Source of the DNA: an uncultured delta proteobacterium | GTDB lineage: Bacteria; Desulfobacterota; Binatia; UBA9968 | Length of the DNA stretch: 64,000 nt | Assembly: GCA_963771465.1 (NCBI GenBank) | Contig: CAVYTU010000017.1 | Location: 288,001 to 352,000, forward strand | Reading direction: 5' to 3' | Shown: piece by piece, positions 28,664 to 38,276 of the stretch | Layout: the number at the start of each line of letters is the position of its first letter | How positions within the stretch are numbered: the first letter of the stretch is position 1 | Program-made: the position numbers and the translations under genes | Notes under the pieces: generated by a model | What the model was told of the DNA's origin: nothing | Seen by the model: the letters and a program-made list of their open reading frames with translations, nothing else | Database searches by the model: none

Positions 28664-29206
28664 TCACTGGACCAAAACTTCGTCGATTTTATCGACTTCC
28701 TTCAAGCGGACTTCGACGTTGCCGCCGGTCGGCAAACTAATCTTCTTACCGACGTAGTTTGCCGCGATGGGTAGCTCGCGGCCGCCGCGGTCGACCATCA
28801 CGGCTAAGTGAATCATCCGCGGTCGACCGAGATCGATCAGATGATCCACAGCCGCGCGCACGGTGCGGCCGGTATTCAAGACGTCGTCGAACAGCACGAC
28901 GATCTTGTTGGCAATATCGAAGGGGATGCGCGTGTGATCGATGGTACCGCCGGGGAGCAGCGCGTTCAGGTCGTCGCGATAAAGCGTGATGTCCATCTCA
29001 CCGATGGGAATTTCTCTGCCGTGCCGTTTCTTGATGATCTCGGCGAGCCGCTTGGCCACGTAAGGGCCGCGGGTGCGGATGCCGATGAAGACGACTTGCT
29101 CGAGTGAGCCGTATTCTTTCGCCATCTCGCGGGCGAAGCGCTCGAAGATGGCTTTGACCTGGACGGAGTTGAGAATTCGTTTACTCTTGTTTTTAGAAGT
29201 TTTCAT
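28664..29206 (-). CDS. pyrR: PyrR bifunctional regulator/uracil phosphoribosyltransferase (divergent)
   Basis: GIRTRG, DITLYRDDL, DDVLNTGRTVRAA, VDRGGRELPI. Confidence 0.88.
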   Translation of the reverse strand: MKTSKNKSKRILNSVQVKAIFERFAREMAKEYGSLEQVVFIGIRTRGPYVAKRLAEIIKKRHGREIPIGEMDITLYRDDLNALLPGGTIDHTRIPFDIANKIVVLFDDVLNTGRTVRAAVDHLIDLGRPRMIHLAVMVDRGGRELPIAANYVGKKISLPTGGNVEVRLKEVDKIDEVLVQ

Positions 29207-30492
29207 TGGCGACTCTGATCATGGTTTCCATCAGCAATTGGGTGCCCAGGCCGATATCGTCGGGATGCGTCCATTCGAGGGGGTTGTGGCTGATGCCGCG
29301 CTGGCTCGGAATAAAAATCATCGCCGCCGGCGTGATCTTGGCCATCTGCATGGCGTCATGACCGGCGCCGGACGGCATGATTTCATAGACGATTTGTTTC
29401 TCATGACAAATCTCTTTTGTCACGCGCAGCAAACGCTTGTCGAGGGGTACGGGATCTTCTTCGCGGATCGTGAGTATTTCGACGCCGATGGCGCGACTGC
29501 GGGCGATACTTTGCGCTTCATTCTTAACCATGCGCGCGACGCGATCTTTCGATTGGGCCGTAATGCTGCGGATGTCGACAGATAATTCCGCTTTCCCTGG
29601 CACGGCGTTGATCACGCCCGGTTCGATTTTCAAAGCGCCCGACCGTGCCGACGACACGGCCCTTCGCCATGGAAGAAAACTTGCGGCAAGTCTTTTCGAT
29701 AAACTCAATCAGCTGGGCCGCGGCGACCAGCGCATCTTTGCGCATCTCCATCGGCGTGGTGCCGGAGTGATCGGCTTGGCCCGTGAAAATAATTCTAAAT
29801 CGGCTCGGCGCGGCGATGGATGTCACCAGACCGATTCTCTTGCCGATCGCTTCGAGAATCGGTCCTTGCTCGATGTGCAGTTCAAAATAGGCTTTGAGTG
29901 TTTTCGGATCGCGCGTGAGCCCATGGAGCTTTTTCTGCGCGATGCCGAGGCTTGCCAGCACATCGGCGAGCTTTGTTCCTTGAGCATCTACGGCATTTGC
30001 CAATTCTTTCGGATGGACTTGGCCGGCGAGCAAACTGCTGCCGAGGGTAGAAAAACCGAACCGGCTCGACTCTTCGCCGACAAAACAGACGACTTCGAGC
30101 GGCGAGCGAATGACAATTCCGTTTTCACTGATCGTGCGAATCGCCTCCAGCGCGCCGATCACGCCCACCGGCCCGTCGTATTTGCCGCCATGAATCACGG
30201 TGTCGAGGTGCGACCCGGCGAGGACGGCGGGCGCCTTGGCATCAGCTCCCTCCAGGCGGCCGAAGATATTGCCGATGCCGTCGATGTGAATACTCAACCC
30301 AGCCTGGCGCATCATATGAATCAGCACCTGGCGGCTGCGCAGTTCTTTTACCGAGAAAACCAAGCGAGTGACCGCGCCGCGGTTGCCGATGCCGATACGT
30401 CCGATGGCGTTCAGATCGCGCATCAGACGGCGCTGATTGATGGTAGGTAAGGTGGACGGACGGCGTGCCGCCGCAGCGGGTATGCGTTTCAT
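29193..30492 (-). CDS. M20 Zn hydrolase (allantoate amidohydrolase/N-carbamoyl-L-amino acid hydrolase), frameshifted near 29639
   Basis: GSHLDTV..GG.YDG, EESSRF, ELHIEQG, ADHSGTTPM; C-terminal SGAGHDA and GISHNP in another frame (extra G in GGG). Confidence 0.88.
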
Positions 30493-30685
30493 TCGGGCAC
30501 AGCTTATCAGTTTACGGCGTGGCTGAGAATTGATTTCTCCTTGCTTCGATAGGCCAGGCGATGCAATCGGGCGCAAGCTGATTCTCGTTGTCAGGCGGAC
30601 CAGCGCCATGTTAGAAGCGCTTCGTATGTAGAATTGCCGGGCCCCATAAAAATTACTCGTAACTTTTTCAGGGAGGTTAAGCGCC

Positions 30686-31675
30686 ATGGTAGCTACAAGA
30701 CTCTCCATGATTGCGGTCCTGGTGCTGTTGGCTTCCCCGGTGAGCGCTGAACCGATTCGCATCGCTTACTCCGGTGTGTCGGCGTCGGGCACGCCGGTTT
30801 GGCTCGCTAAGGAAGAAGGGATTTTTGCCAAGCATGGACTGGAAGCGGACCTTGTCGCCGTGCGTAGCGCGCCGCTGCAAGTCACGGCGCTGGTCTCCAA
30901 CGAAGTGCAGTTTGTTCGGGGCAGCGCTTCCAGTATGCTTACCGCGGCGGCGCAAGGGGCGAAGCTCAAGATCATCATGTCGCTGTTCGCTGAGCGGGCC
31001 TCCTATGATTTTCTAGTCGGGCCATCGATCACTAAACCTAGCGATTTGCGCGGCAAGAAAATCGGCGTACAGGACTTCAGCGGTCTGCTCTGGAGCCTCA
31101 CCATGCTGTCGCTGCGAGAGATGGGCCTCGATCCGCAAAAAGATAACATCAGCATCCAAGCGATCGGCGATAGCACCGTGATCGCGCAATCCCTGGCGAG
31201 CGGCATTATCGACGGCGCCGCGTTGGATAGATTGCAGTCGGCGCGACTGCAGGGACTGGGAGTCAAAGTGTTGTTGGACTTGAGCAAGATCGCTCTGCCG
31301 TCGAGCCCGTTCATGTGCGCCGAGGCTTTTATTCAAAAAAGTCCGCAGACCGTGGAGAACTTGATCAAAGCGCTGATCGAAGCCAGCGCAATCATGCGCG
31401 CGCAGAAAGAGCGCGGCCTCGCGATTCTGCAAAAACACATCAAGGTGGACCGCCAGCTCGCCGAGCTTGGCTACAAATTTTTGCTGGAGGATCTGACGTC
31501 CTATACTTTCGTCACCGTCAAGGGCTTGAAAACCGCCCAGGACATCATCGCCCTGCGCGATCCCAAAATCGCCAAGTTCAATGTCGAGGAACTTCTCGAT
31601 CAGCGTATTCTGACCAAGGTGGTGAAGAGCGGCTACGTCGAGGAGATCGAGAGGAGATACAAGCTGCGGTCTTAA
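30686..31675 (+). CDS. NitT/TauT-type ABC substrate-binding protein
   Basis: Signal peptide, GIFAKHGL, DLRGKKIGV. Confidence 0.88.
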   Translation: MVATRLSMIAVLVLLASPVSAEPIRIAYSGVSASGTPVWLAKEEGIFAKHGLEADLVAVRSAPLQVTALVSNEVQFVRGSASSMLTAAAQGAKLKIIMSLFAERASYDFLVGPSITKPSDLRGKKIGVQDFSGLLWSLTMLSLREMGLDPQKDNISIQAIGDSTVIAQSLASGIIDGAALDRLQSARLQGLGVKVLLDLSKIALPSSPFMCAEAFIQKSPQTVENLIKALIEASAIMRAQKERGLAILQKHIKVDRQLAELGYKFLLEDLTSYTFVTVKGLKTAQDIIALRDPKIAKFNVEELLDQRILTKVVKSGYVEEIERRYKLRS

Positions 31676-31995
31676 CAGAAGTGTTTGATTCTGCGTCGTT
31701 GTGTTTCGAACAACAGCGTACGGTGGAGAAAGACAACCGCTTTGAAGGAACGATCTAGCAAATTCCCAAGACATCTCCTTTGCGCTCTCACGCGAACGCG
31801 AGAAACTTGCTGTTAGACTGACATATTGACGTTGCCACGATACGAATGAGGACAATACGTTGACAAAGAGACTCGGAGCAAGCTACGTTCCCCCGAGAAA
31901 ACGTTGCAAGGCAAAGTCATTTCGAGGGTCTCACGATAGCAACGCGATATTCATTCTTAAACGGATCGAGTGTCTCAAATTACAGGAGATAAATC

Positions 31996-33135
31996 ATGAA
32001 ACTGCTCTCCATCGGGCTGGCCGGTCGCTCCTTTACAACTCTATTCCTCGCAGTGGTAGCGATCGCAATGACCAGTCCTGCTCTTTTTGCTGCGGCGGCA
32101 AGTCCCGCTCTTACCAAGGCGCAAAAAGAGGCAGAGGCAAAGGGCTATATCTTTGTCGCCACGCACGAAGAAATCGTCAGCAAGGCCAAGCAAGAAGGTA
32201 AAGTGCGAGTGATTGTATCCACCGATGGAGCCCTTTTGAAACATCTGGCGGCCGGCTTCAAGAAAAAGTATCCTTTCATCGATATCCGCGCGGAAGAGCT
32301 CAGGGGCACCGACGCTTATATTCGCCAGCTGCATGAAATCAAGGGCGGTTTGGTTAAAGGACAGGACGTCAACGACCTGGCTTACGACTTCTACGACGAG
32401 TATCCACCGTTTCAGAAAAAATTTGATATCCTGGGAATGGCCGAGCAGAAGATCCTGCAGATCCCGGTTCCGCTCATCGATGCGGTGAACCGCAATGTCG
32501 TCGCGATAGGCAGCGGTATCCAAGTCGTCGCTTACAACAAAAAGTTGATCGCAGCCGAAAAGGTGCCCGACACATGGGAAGGATTCCTGCGCCCCGAATT
32601 TACAGGTCGAAAGTTCGTGCTCGATATTCGACCGAAAGACATTTCGGCCCTTGTGCCGGCGTGGGGTCTTGAAAAAACACTCGATTTCGCGCGCAAACTG
32701 GCCGCGCAAAACCCCATCTGGGCGAGGGGAAACACCCGGGTGCTTACGGCCATGCTCGCCGGCGAGCAAACGATGCTTTTGGGACCTGACTTTGATTCCG
32801 TTCTTCGCATCATGGACAAGGACAAAACCGACAGTATCGCCTATAAGCTGGTCGAGCCGCTTCCGGTGCGATTGAACGAGGCGCAAGGCATTCTGAGCAA
32901 GGCGGAAAACCCCTACGCGGCGCTCTTATGGTTGGAGTTCGTGGGTTCATCTGAAGGACAGAAAATACTGGACGAACGCGGTCCCTATGAAGCTTCGCTT
33001 TTTATCCCCGGCACCGTCCAGGAGCGGGCCGCGCGCGGGAAAAAGCAATCGGTCGTCGATTGGGGCCATTACAACAAGATTCCAGAGTATGAACGAAAAA
33101 TCATCGAAGCCTACGGCTTCCCGAGAGCGCAGTGA
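31996..33135 (+). CDS. ABC substrate-binding protein (Fe3+-type family)
   Basis: AKQEGKV, FKKKYPFI, AYNKKL, NPYAALLW; AGGAGA RBS. Confidence 0.85.
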   Translation: MKLLSIGLAGRSFTTLFLAVVAIAMTSPALFAAAASPALTKAQKEAEAKGYIFVATHEEIVSKAKQEGKVRVIVSTDGALLKHLAAGFKKKYPFIDIRAEELRGTDAYIRQLHEIKGGLVKGQDVNDLAYDFYDEYPPFQKKFDILGMAEQKILQIPVPLIDAVNRNVVAIGSGIQVVAYNKKLIAAEKVPDTWEGFLRPEFTGRKFVLDIRPKDISALVPAWGLEKTLDFARKLAAQNPIWARGNTRVLTAMLAGEQTMLLGPDFDSVLRIMDKDKTDSIAYKLVEPLPVRLNEAQGILSKAENPYAALLWLEFVGSSEGQKILDERGPYEASLFIPGTVQERAARGKKQSVVDWGHYNKIPEYERKIIEAYGFPRAQ

Positions 33136-33198
33136 TACATAGGCATGGGTTCTTCAGGAAAATAAGAGAAAGCAATTTAACACGAGGGGGACTGAACA

Positions 33199-34896
33199 AT
33201 GGACTATGACTTGCTATTGCGCGGAGGACGCGTTGTTGACGGTTCGGGACAACCTTCTTATCTCGCCGATGTTGCGGTCAAAGATGGAAAAATCGTCGAG
33301 CTCGGACGCGTTCACGGTAGCGCTAAAAAGACCATCGACGTGCAAGGCCTCGTCGTGTCCCCTGGTTTTATCGATCACCACACCCACATGGATGCCCAAG
33401 TTTTCTGGGACCCGCACGCTACTTCAGAGCCGCAGCACGGCATCACGTCAATCGTAACCGGTAACTGCGGGCTCGCGCTGGCGCCGGTGAAGCGCGGCGA
33501 TGAAGATGCGATCTTGAAGAATTTTGTGCGTGTCGAGGCGATGCCGCGTCATGCGCTCGAACAAGGCGTGCCCTGGGGTTGGCATTCCTACGGTGATTAT
33601 TTGAACCGAATCGAAGGACGCTTAGGAGTAAACGTCGGCGGTCTCGTAGGCCACATCGCAGTGCGCCAGTACGTAATGGGCGAGGAGTCAGTGGAACGGC
33701 AAGCGACGACGGCGGAAATCCAGCACATGAAAGCGCTGGTGCGGGAGGGCATGGACGCGGGCGCGCTAGGATTCTCGACCAATCGCAACGAGCGGCACAT
33801 GCGAGAAGATGGCAAGCCTGTGCCGAGCCGGCTGGCAAGCGATGAGGAGCTGTTTACACTGTGCGACGTTCTCGGTGAGGTCAATGCCGGCGCGATCCAG
33901 TCGACCTTGGGACAATACACGCCCAAGCACTTTGAGTTGTACAATCACTTGGCCCGCCGCACCCAACGCCCGGTTATCGGCCAAACTGTGATGTACCGGC
34001 CCAATGCGCCGAAGCGATGGAAGGAACAGCTCGACGCGGTGGTTCCTACATTTCGCGAAGGTTATCGGATCTATTTGCGTACGCACACGGTTCCCAACTT
34101 CCGCACCTTCAGCTTGAGCAATACCCAAGCCTTCGACGAGTTTCCGACGTGGAAGAGTCTCATGTTTATGGAAATCGAAGCGCGCAAACGAGCCTTTGCG
34201 GACCAGGAAATCCGGCATAAGCTGCGCACCGATTTGGCTGATCCACGACCGACGACTTTTCATCGGAGGTGGGATCTTGTCACCATCGAAAAGGTAGCCA
34301 AACCTGAAAACCAGAAATATGACGGCAAAAGCGTAGCGACGATGGCGGAGATGCGCGGTCAGGACCAACTGGAGGCGTTTCTCGATCTCTCCCTGGAGGA
34401 AAACCTCGAAACAACATTCCGTAATGCCAACGCCGGCGGCAACCCAGAAGCGATGCGCGAGATCTTGCAGAATCCCTATGTTCTAGTCGGCAATTCGGAT
34501 GCCGGAGCCCATGTGCAGTATAACGCCGAGTTCGGCTATGGCACGACTCTATTGGGACTTTGGGCGCGCGAACGGGGCGTTCTAAGCCTCGAGCAGGCAG
34601 TTCACAAACTCACTTTCCAGGTGGCAACGGTTTACGGCATTACCGGGAGAGGATTGGTCCAGCCAGGTTTCGCCGCCGATCTTGCAGTCTTTAATCCCGA
34701 TACGGTTAGCGCGTGTGAGCCTGAATGGGCAGACGATTATCCCGCTGAGACAGGACGATTGATCCAGCGTGCCATCGGCGTGCACTATACGATCGTCAAC
34801 GGCAAAGTGATCTGTGAGGACGGTAAGATAACCGGCGAGCTTCCTGGCCAGGTTTTGCGGAGCTCGGCATACCGAAAGCGTGGGGCGGTTGTCTAG
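33199..34896 (+). CDS. N-acyl-D-amino-acid deacylase family amidohydrolase
   Basis: PGFIDHHTHMDAQ, GNCG, SDAGAH, ADL.VF.P. Confidence 0.9.
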   Translation: MDYDLLLRGGRVVDGSGQPSYLADVAVKDGKIVELGRVHGSAKKTIDVQGLVVSPGFIDHHTHMDAQVFWDPHATSEPQHGITSIVTGNCGLALAPVKRGDEDAILKNFVRVEAMPRHALEQGVPWGWHSYGDYLNRIEGRLGVNVGGLVGHIAVRQYVMGEESVERQATTAEIQHMKALVREGMDAGALGFSTNRNERHMREDGKPVPSRLASDEELFTLCDVLGEVNAGAIQSTLGQYTPKHFELYNHLARRTQRPVIGQTVMYRPNAPKRWKEQLDAVVPTFREGYRIYLRTHTVPNFRTFSLSNTQAFDEFPTWKSLMFMEIEARKRAFADQEIRHKLRTDLADPRPTTFHRRWDLVTIEKVAKPENQKYDGKSVATMAEMRGQDQLEAFLDLSLEENLETTFRNANAGGNPEAMREILQNPYVLVGNSDAGAHVQYNAEFGYGTTLLGLWARERGVLSLEQAVHKLTFQVATVYGITGRGLVQPGFAADLAVFNPDTVSACEPEWADDYPAETGRLIQRAIGVHYTIVNGKVICEDGKITGELPGQVLRSSAYRKRGAVV

Positions 34897-35031
34897 GCTT
34901 TTTTGGCCACGGCGAAACCGCAAACCTGACCGGCCCCTTGGAGTTGCTACCGCAATTCGAGAATCTGCAAAGTTTTTCCCGCACTTTGTGATTCCATAGC
35001 TAAGTGGGGCGATAACTGGAATAATGCCGAT

Positions 35032-35376
35032 ATGGGTAATCGAATTGCGGATATTGGAAAGCTGCGCAGCAGTGTCGAGGCGGACAGCTGGAAGAACAAT
35101 TCTGCTCCGAAAAAAACCGTGAAACTCGGCAGCGAGAAGAATCCGGCTGTTGTCCGAGTCCAATCGGAGGCTCGATTCAAAGAAGTGATGGCGACGTTCC
35201 AAAAGCACGGATGGAAATATCGCATTGGAATCGAACCGGACAAAGCCGAGGATGTCGGTGATCTGGAGCGATTACTGCATCCGCAACAGCCAACGATCGT
35301 CGACAAGAAAGCCGGGCGTAATGAACCCTGCCTTTGTGGCAGCGGGAAAAAATCCAAGCACTGCTGCGGCAAGTAG
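35032..35376 (+). CDS. SEC-C metal-binding protein (PBPRA1643-like)
   Basis: [13 protein letters not shown]...[19 protein letters not shown]. Confidence 0.8.
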   Translation: MGNRIADIGKLRSSVEADSWKNNSAPKKTVKLGSEKNPAVVRVQSEARFKEVMATFQKHGWKYRIGIEPDKAEDVGDLERLLHPQQPTIVDKKAGRNEPCLCGSGKKSKHCCGK

Positions 35377-35463
35377 CCGTGGGGTGGGACTGATGAGGCG
35401 GCAAATATCGACGGGTTGCGCGTGTTTTTACGTTCGGCCCGTCAAACCCAGTAAGAAGGAGCG

Positions 35464-35592
35464 ATGAACATGAGTAAAGGTAAAGACGCTAAGAAACAAG
35501 ACAAGAAGAAGCCGCAAAAAACCTTGATGGAAAAGCGCGCCGCGAAGCGAGCCAAGAAAGAGAACAAAGGCTTTTCGATGAACGTCAAGTGA
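35464..35592 (+). CDS. 42-aa Lys-rich small protein; absent from the ORF track
   Basis: AAGGAG RBS; MNMSKGKDAKKQDKKKPQKTLMEKRAAKRAKKENKGFSMNVK*. Confidence 0.7.
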   Translation: MNMSKGKDAKKQDKKKPQKTLMEKRAAKRAKKENKGFSMNVK

Positions 35593-35605
35593 CACGCCTC
35601 TTTGA

Positions 35606-35644
35606 CGGAGCTGCAGCATAACATCGGTTATCCTTGCAGCTCCG
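35606..35644 (+). terminator. Stem-loop after the small basic protein
   Basis: CGGAGCTGCA...ATAAC/GTTAT...TGCAGCTCCG. Confidence 0.45.
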
Positions 35645-35891
35645 AAATCAACGCTGTTCCCGCCAGTTGCGCATCCAGCCCCCGCCTTAGGTTAGTTACT
35701 TTATCGAAGACGTCATTGCCGCATGCTTTCAGCGGTGGTTCGTTCTGTGCGCCCCACAGTTTCCTTCGTGGCCTCACGACGAAAACACTCGAGGCACGCT
35801 TTAGGACAAGTTTTGTCGCGTCCGCGAGCGTTGGCAACGTAGGATCGCTATGTTATGACGTTGCCTAATCCAAAAATCGAAAGGTTTTTCA

Positions 35892-36560
35892 ATGAGCGAA
35901 GTTTCTCTAAAAGTCGCCGAGATGTTGCTTTCGACGGAGTCGATTGCCGTCTATAAAGACCATCCGTTTGTTTTCGTTTCTGGACGTATTTCTCCGGTTT
36001 ACATCGACTGCCGCAAGTTGTTGTCGTTTTCCGCGGAGCGCGATTATATCGTCACGCATATGGCGAAAAAGGCACAGACCGACATCGGTCTCGACAAGAT
36101 CGACGTCGTGGCCGGCGGCGAGACCGCCGGGATTCCCTACGCGGCGTTCGTCGCGCATATCATCAAGAAGCCGATGATCTATATCCGCAAACAGCCCAAA
36201 GGCTACGGCGGCACCAAGCAAATCGAAGGCATTCTCCAAGCTGGCCAACGCGTGCTAATGGTCGAGGATCTGATCACCGATGGGTTGAGCAAAATGCGTT
36301 TCAATATCGGTATCCGCGGCGCGGGGGCGAAGATGACTCACTGCCTGTGCGTTTTCGACTATGCGTCGGGTCGATTGAATCAACATGAAGGCCGCGACAA
36401 CCTCGCCAAGAATGATATCGAACTGCATGTCCTGGCGGACTGGGATGACGTGTTAGATACCGGCACGAGCAAAAATTATTTTACCGAAGCGCAAAAGGCG
36501 CAAATCGTCGACTTTTTGAAAGATCCTGAGAATTGGGGCCGTAAGATGGGGTTCGTGTAA
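35892..36560 (+). CDS. pyrE: Orotate phosphoribosyltransferase
   Basis: SGRISPVYIDCR, GGETAGIP, YIRKQPKGYG, VEDLITDG. Confidence 0.9.
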   Translation: MSEVSLKVAEMLLSTESIAVYKDHPFVFVSGRISPVYIDCRKLLSFSAERDYIVTHMAKKAQTDIGLDKIDVVAGGETAGIPYAAFVAHIIKKPMIYIRKQPKGYGGTKQIEGILQAGQRVLMVEDLITDGLSKMRFNIGIRGAGAKMTHCLCVFDYASGRLNQHEGRDNLAKNDIELHVLADWDDVLDTGTSKNYFTEAQKAQIVDFLKDPENWGRKMGFV

Positions 36561-36682
36561 GACCGATGAAAACGGCTACCTGCTTCGTTGCGCTCGCTCG
36601 ACTCGCGTCAACGTACAGCCAGCGTACGACTTCGCTCGTGGGCCGTCGGGCGCCTTGCATCTAGCCGTTTTGATCGGTCTTA
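36558..36682. mobile_element. MITE-like 125-bp element
   Basis: 21-bp terminal inverted repeats with 1 mismatch (TAAGACCGATGAAAACGGCTA / TAGCCGTTTTGATCGGTCTTA); internal ACGTAC..GCGTACG core; uses the pyrE stop codon. Confidence 0.7.
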
Positions 36683-36692
36683 GGTAGATGGT

Positions 36693-36719
36693 GTAAGGGC
36701 ACGGCTTGCCGTGCCCTTA
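36693..36719. repeat. REP-type palindrome, possibly acting as terminator
   Basis: GTAAGGGCACGGC-TT-GCCGTGCCCTTA followed by a T-run. Confidence 0.75.
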
Positions 36720-36765
36720 TTTTTTTGCTTTCAAGAAAATTTCACCGAGTTACGAGAGGGACGTT

Positions 36766-38235
36766 ATGAGAACGCTCATTGGCAACGCGCTGATCGTCAC
36801 GATGAACGATCACAACGATATCATCGACAAAGGCGCCATTGTCGTCGACGGCAATAGGATTACTTACTGCGGGCCGGCCGAACGGACGCCGGTCGGGCCG
36901 TTTGACAGGACTATCGATGCCAGCCGCATGATCGCGATGCCTGGCATGGTGAATGCGCACTGCCATTCTCCGGCGAATTTGGTACGCGGCATGATGCCGA
37001 GCAGGCCTTTGGAAATCTGGCGCGCTTACTACCGCGCGTCGTTACGCGATATGCGCGAGGATGATTTTTACGCCAGCGCGTTGCTCGGCGGCATGGAGAT
37101 GCTCAAGAACGGCGCGACGACAGTGCTCGATCATTTTGCCGGCAGCGCCGCGTGCCGTTTCATGGGCGCCGGGGCGGCGATCCAGGCGATGCGCGATCTC
37201 GGCCTACGTCATGTCGCGGCGCTCACGGTGACCGACAAGAACTACGAAGATACGATTCCGCTCGGTGAAACCGCTGCGAGCCTGACCGAAGAGATCAAGC
37301 GCATGAGCGCGAGCGAAGCGAAAACCACGCAGGCCTGGCTCGACGAATGTGAGGAGTTCATCGAGACGTTTCATGCGCCGGAAAAACTGACAACGGCATG
37401 TCCCGGTCCCTCGGCCGTGCAGCGTTGTACGGACGAGCTTCTGCAAGGCTGCGCCGAAATGACGCGCAAACGGCATTTGCCGCTGCATATTCACCTGGCC
37501 GAAACCAAGGCACAGCAGGTGCAAGGTAACAGCATCTACGGCCATTCATTGCTGCAACATCTCGATTCACTCGGGATCGTCGGGGCAAATCTTTCCTGCG
37601 CCCATTCGATCTGGATCGAAGACGAGGATGTGGAGTTATTCGCCGAGCACGGCGCCACGCCGGTGCATAATCCGGCGAGTAACCTGCGCATCGGCAGCGG
37701 TTTGGCGAAGGTGAAAGAATTTCTCGCGGCCGGCGTGAACGTTGGATTAGGCACGGATGGTGCCGCTTCGAATGACGGCCAGAACATGTTCGACGCCGTG
37801 CGTTTGGCCGCGTTGATTCACAATCATGCGGGCAGTGATTTCAATCGGTGGGTCACGCCTGGCCAAGCACTGGCGATGGCGACGCGCAACGGCGCCCGCG
37901 CTTTCGGTTTGGATGCCGGTGTGATTGCGGCGGGAAAACTTGCCGATATCGTTCTGCTGCGCCGCGATACGGCAGCCTACCGGCCGATGAACGATGTCGT
38001 TAATCAAATCGTCTTTTGTGAGAACGGCAGTAATGTCGACACGGTGATCGTTAACGGTGAAGCCGTCGTCGAAGGCGGGCGATTGACCAAGGTCGATGAA
38101 ATGACAGTGTTAAAAATCGCAGAAGGCGCGCGCACACGCCTGGAGCCGTCCATGCAGAGCGAGCTGGTGGCGGCGCGGACGATGGAGCCGGCGCTGGCTG
38201 AGATGTATTTTCGGGTGTTTGGCCAAGACAAGTAA
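36766..38235 (+). CDS. Amidohydrolase, AtzA/MTA-SAH/guanine deaminase-like
   Basis: PGMVNAHCH, HIHLAE, AHSIW, HNPASN, GTDG. Confidence 0.9.
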   Translation: MRTLIGNALIVTMNDHNDIIDKGAIVVDGNRITYCGPAERTPVGPFDRTIDASRMIAMPGMVNAHCHSPANLVRGMMPSRPLEIWRAYYRASLRDMREDDFYASALLGGMEMLKNGATTVLDHFAGSAACRFMGAGAAIQAMRDLGLRHVAALTVTDKNYEDTIPLGETAASLTEEIKRMSASEAKTTQAWLDECEEFIETFHAPEKLTTACPGPSAVQRCTDELLQGCAEMTRKRHLPLHIHLAETKAQQVQGNSIYGHSLLQHLDSLGIVGANLSCAHSIWIEDEDVELFAEHGATPVHNPASNLRIGSGLAKVKEFLAAGVNVGLGTDGAASNDGQNMFDAVRLAALIHNHAGSDFNRWVTPGQALAMATRNGARAFGLDAGVIAAGKLADIVLLRRDTAAYRPMNDVVNQIVFCENGSNVDTVIVNGEAVVEGGRLTKVDEMTVLKIAEGARTRLEPSMQSELVAARTMEPALAEMYFRVFGQDK

Positions 38236-38276
38236 GGACTGTCAAAAACTCCAGATCAAAAAACTTGGTCCAACTT

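Noticed and set aside
35628-35837. Possible ORF or structured RNA with a CTGAAAG T-loop-like hairpin on the minus strand
   Set aside because: Only isolated short hairpins; no promoter/terminator frame or recognisable protein similarity
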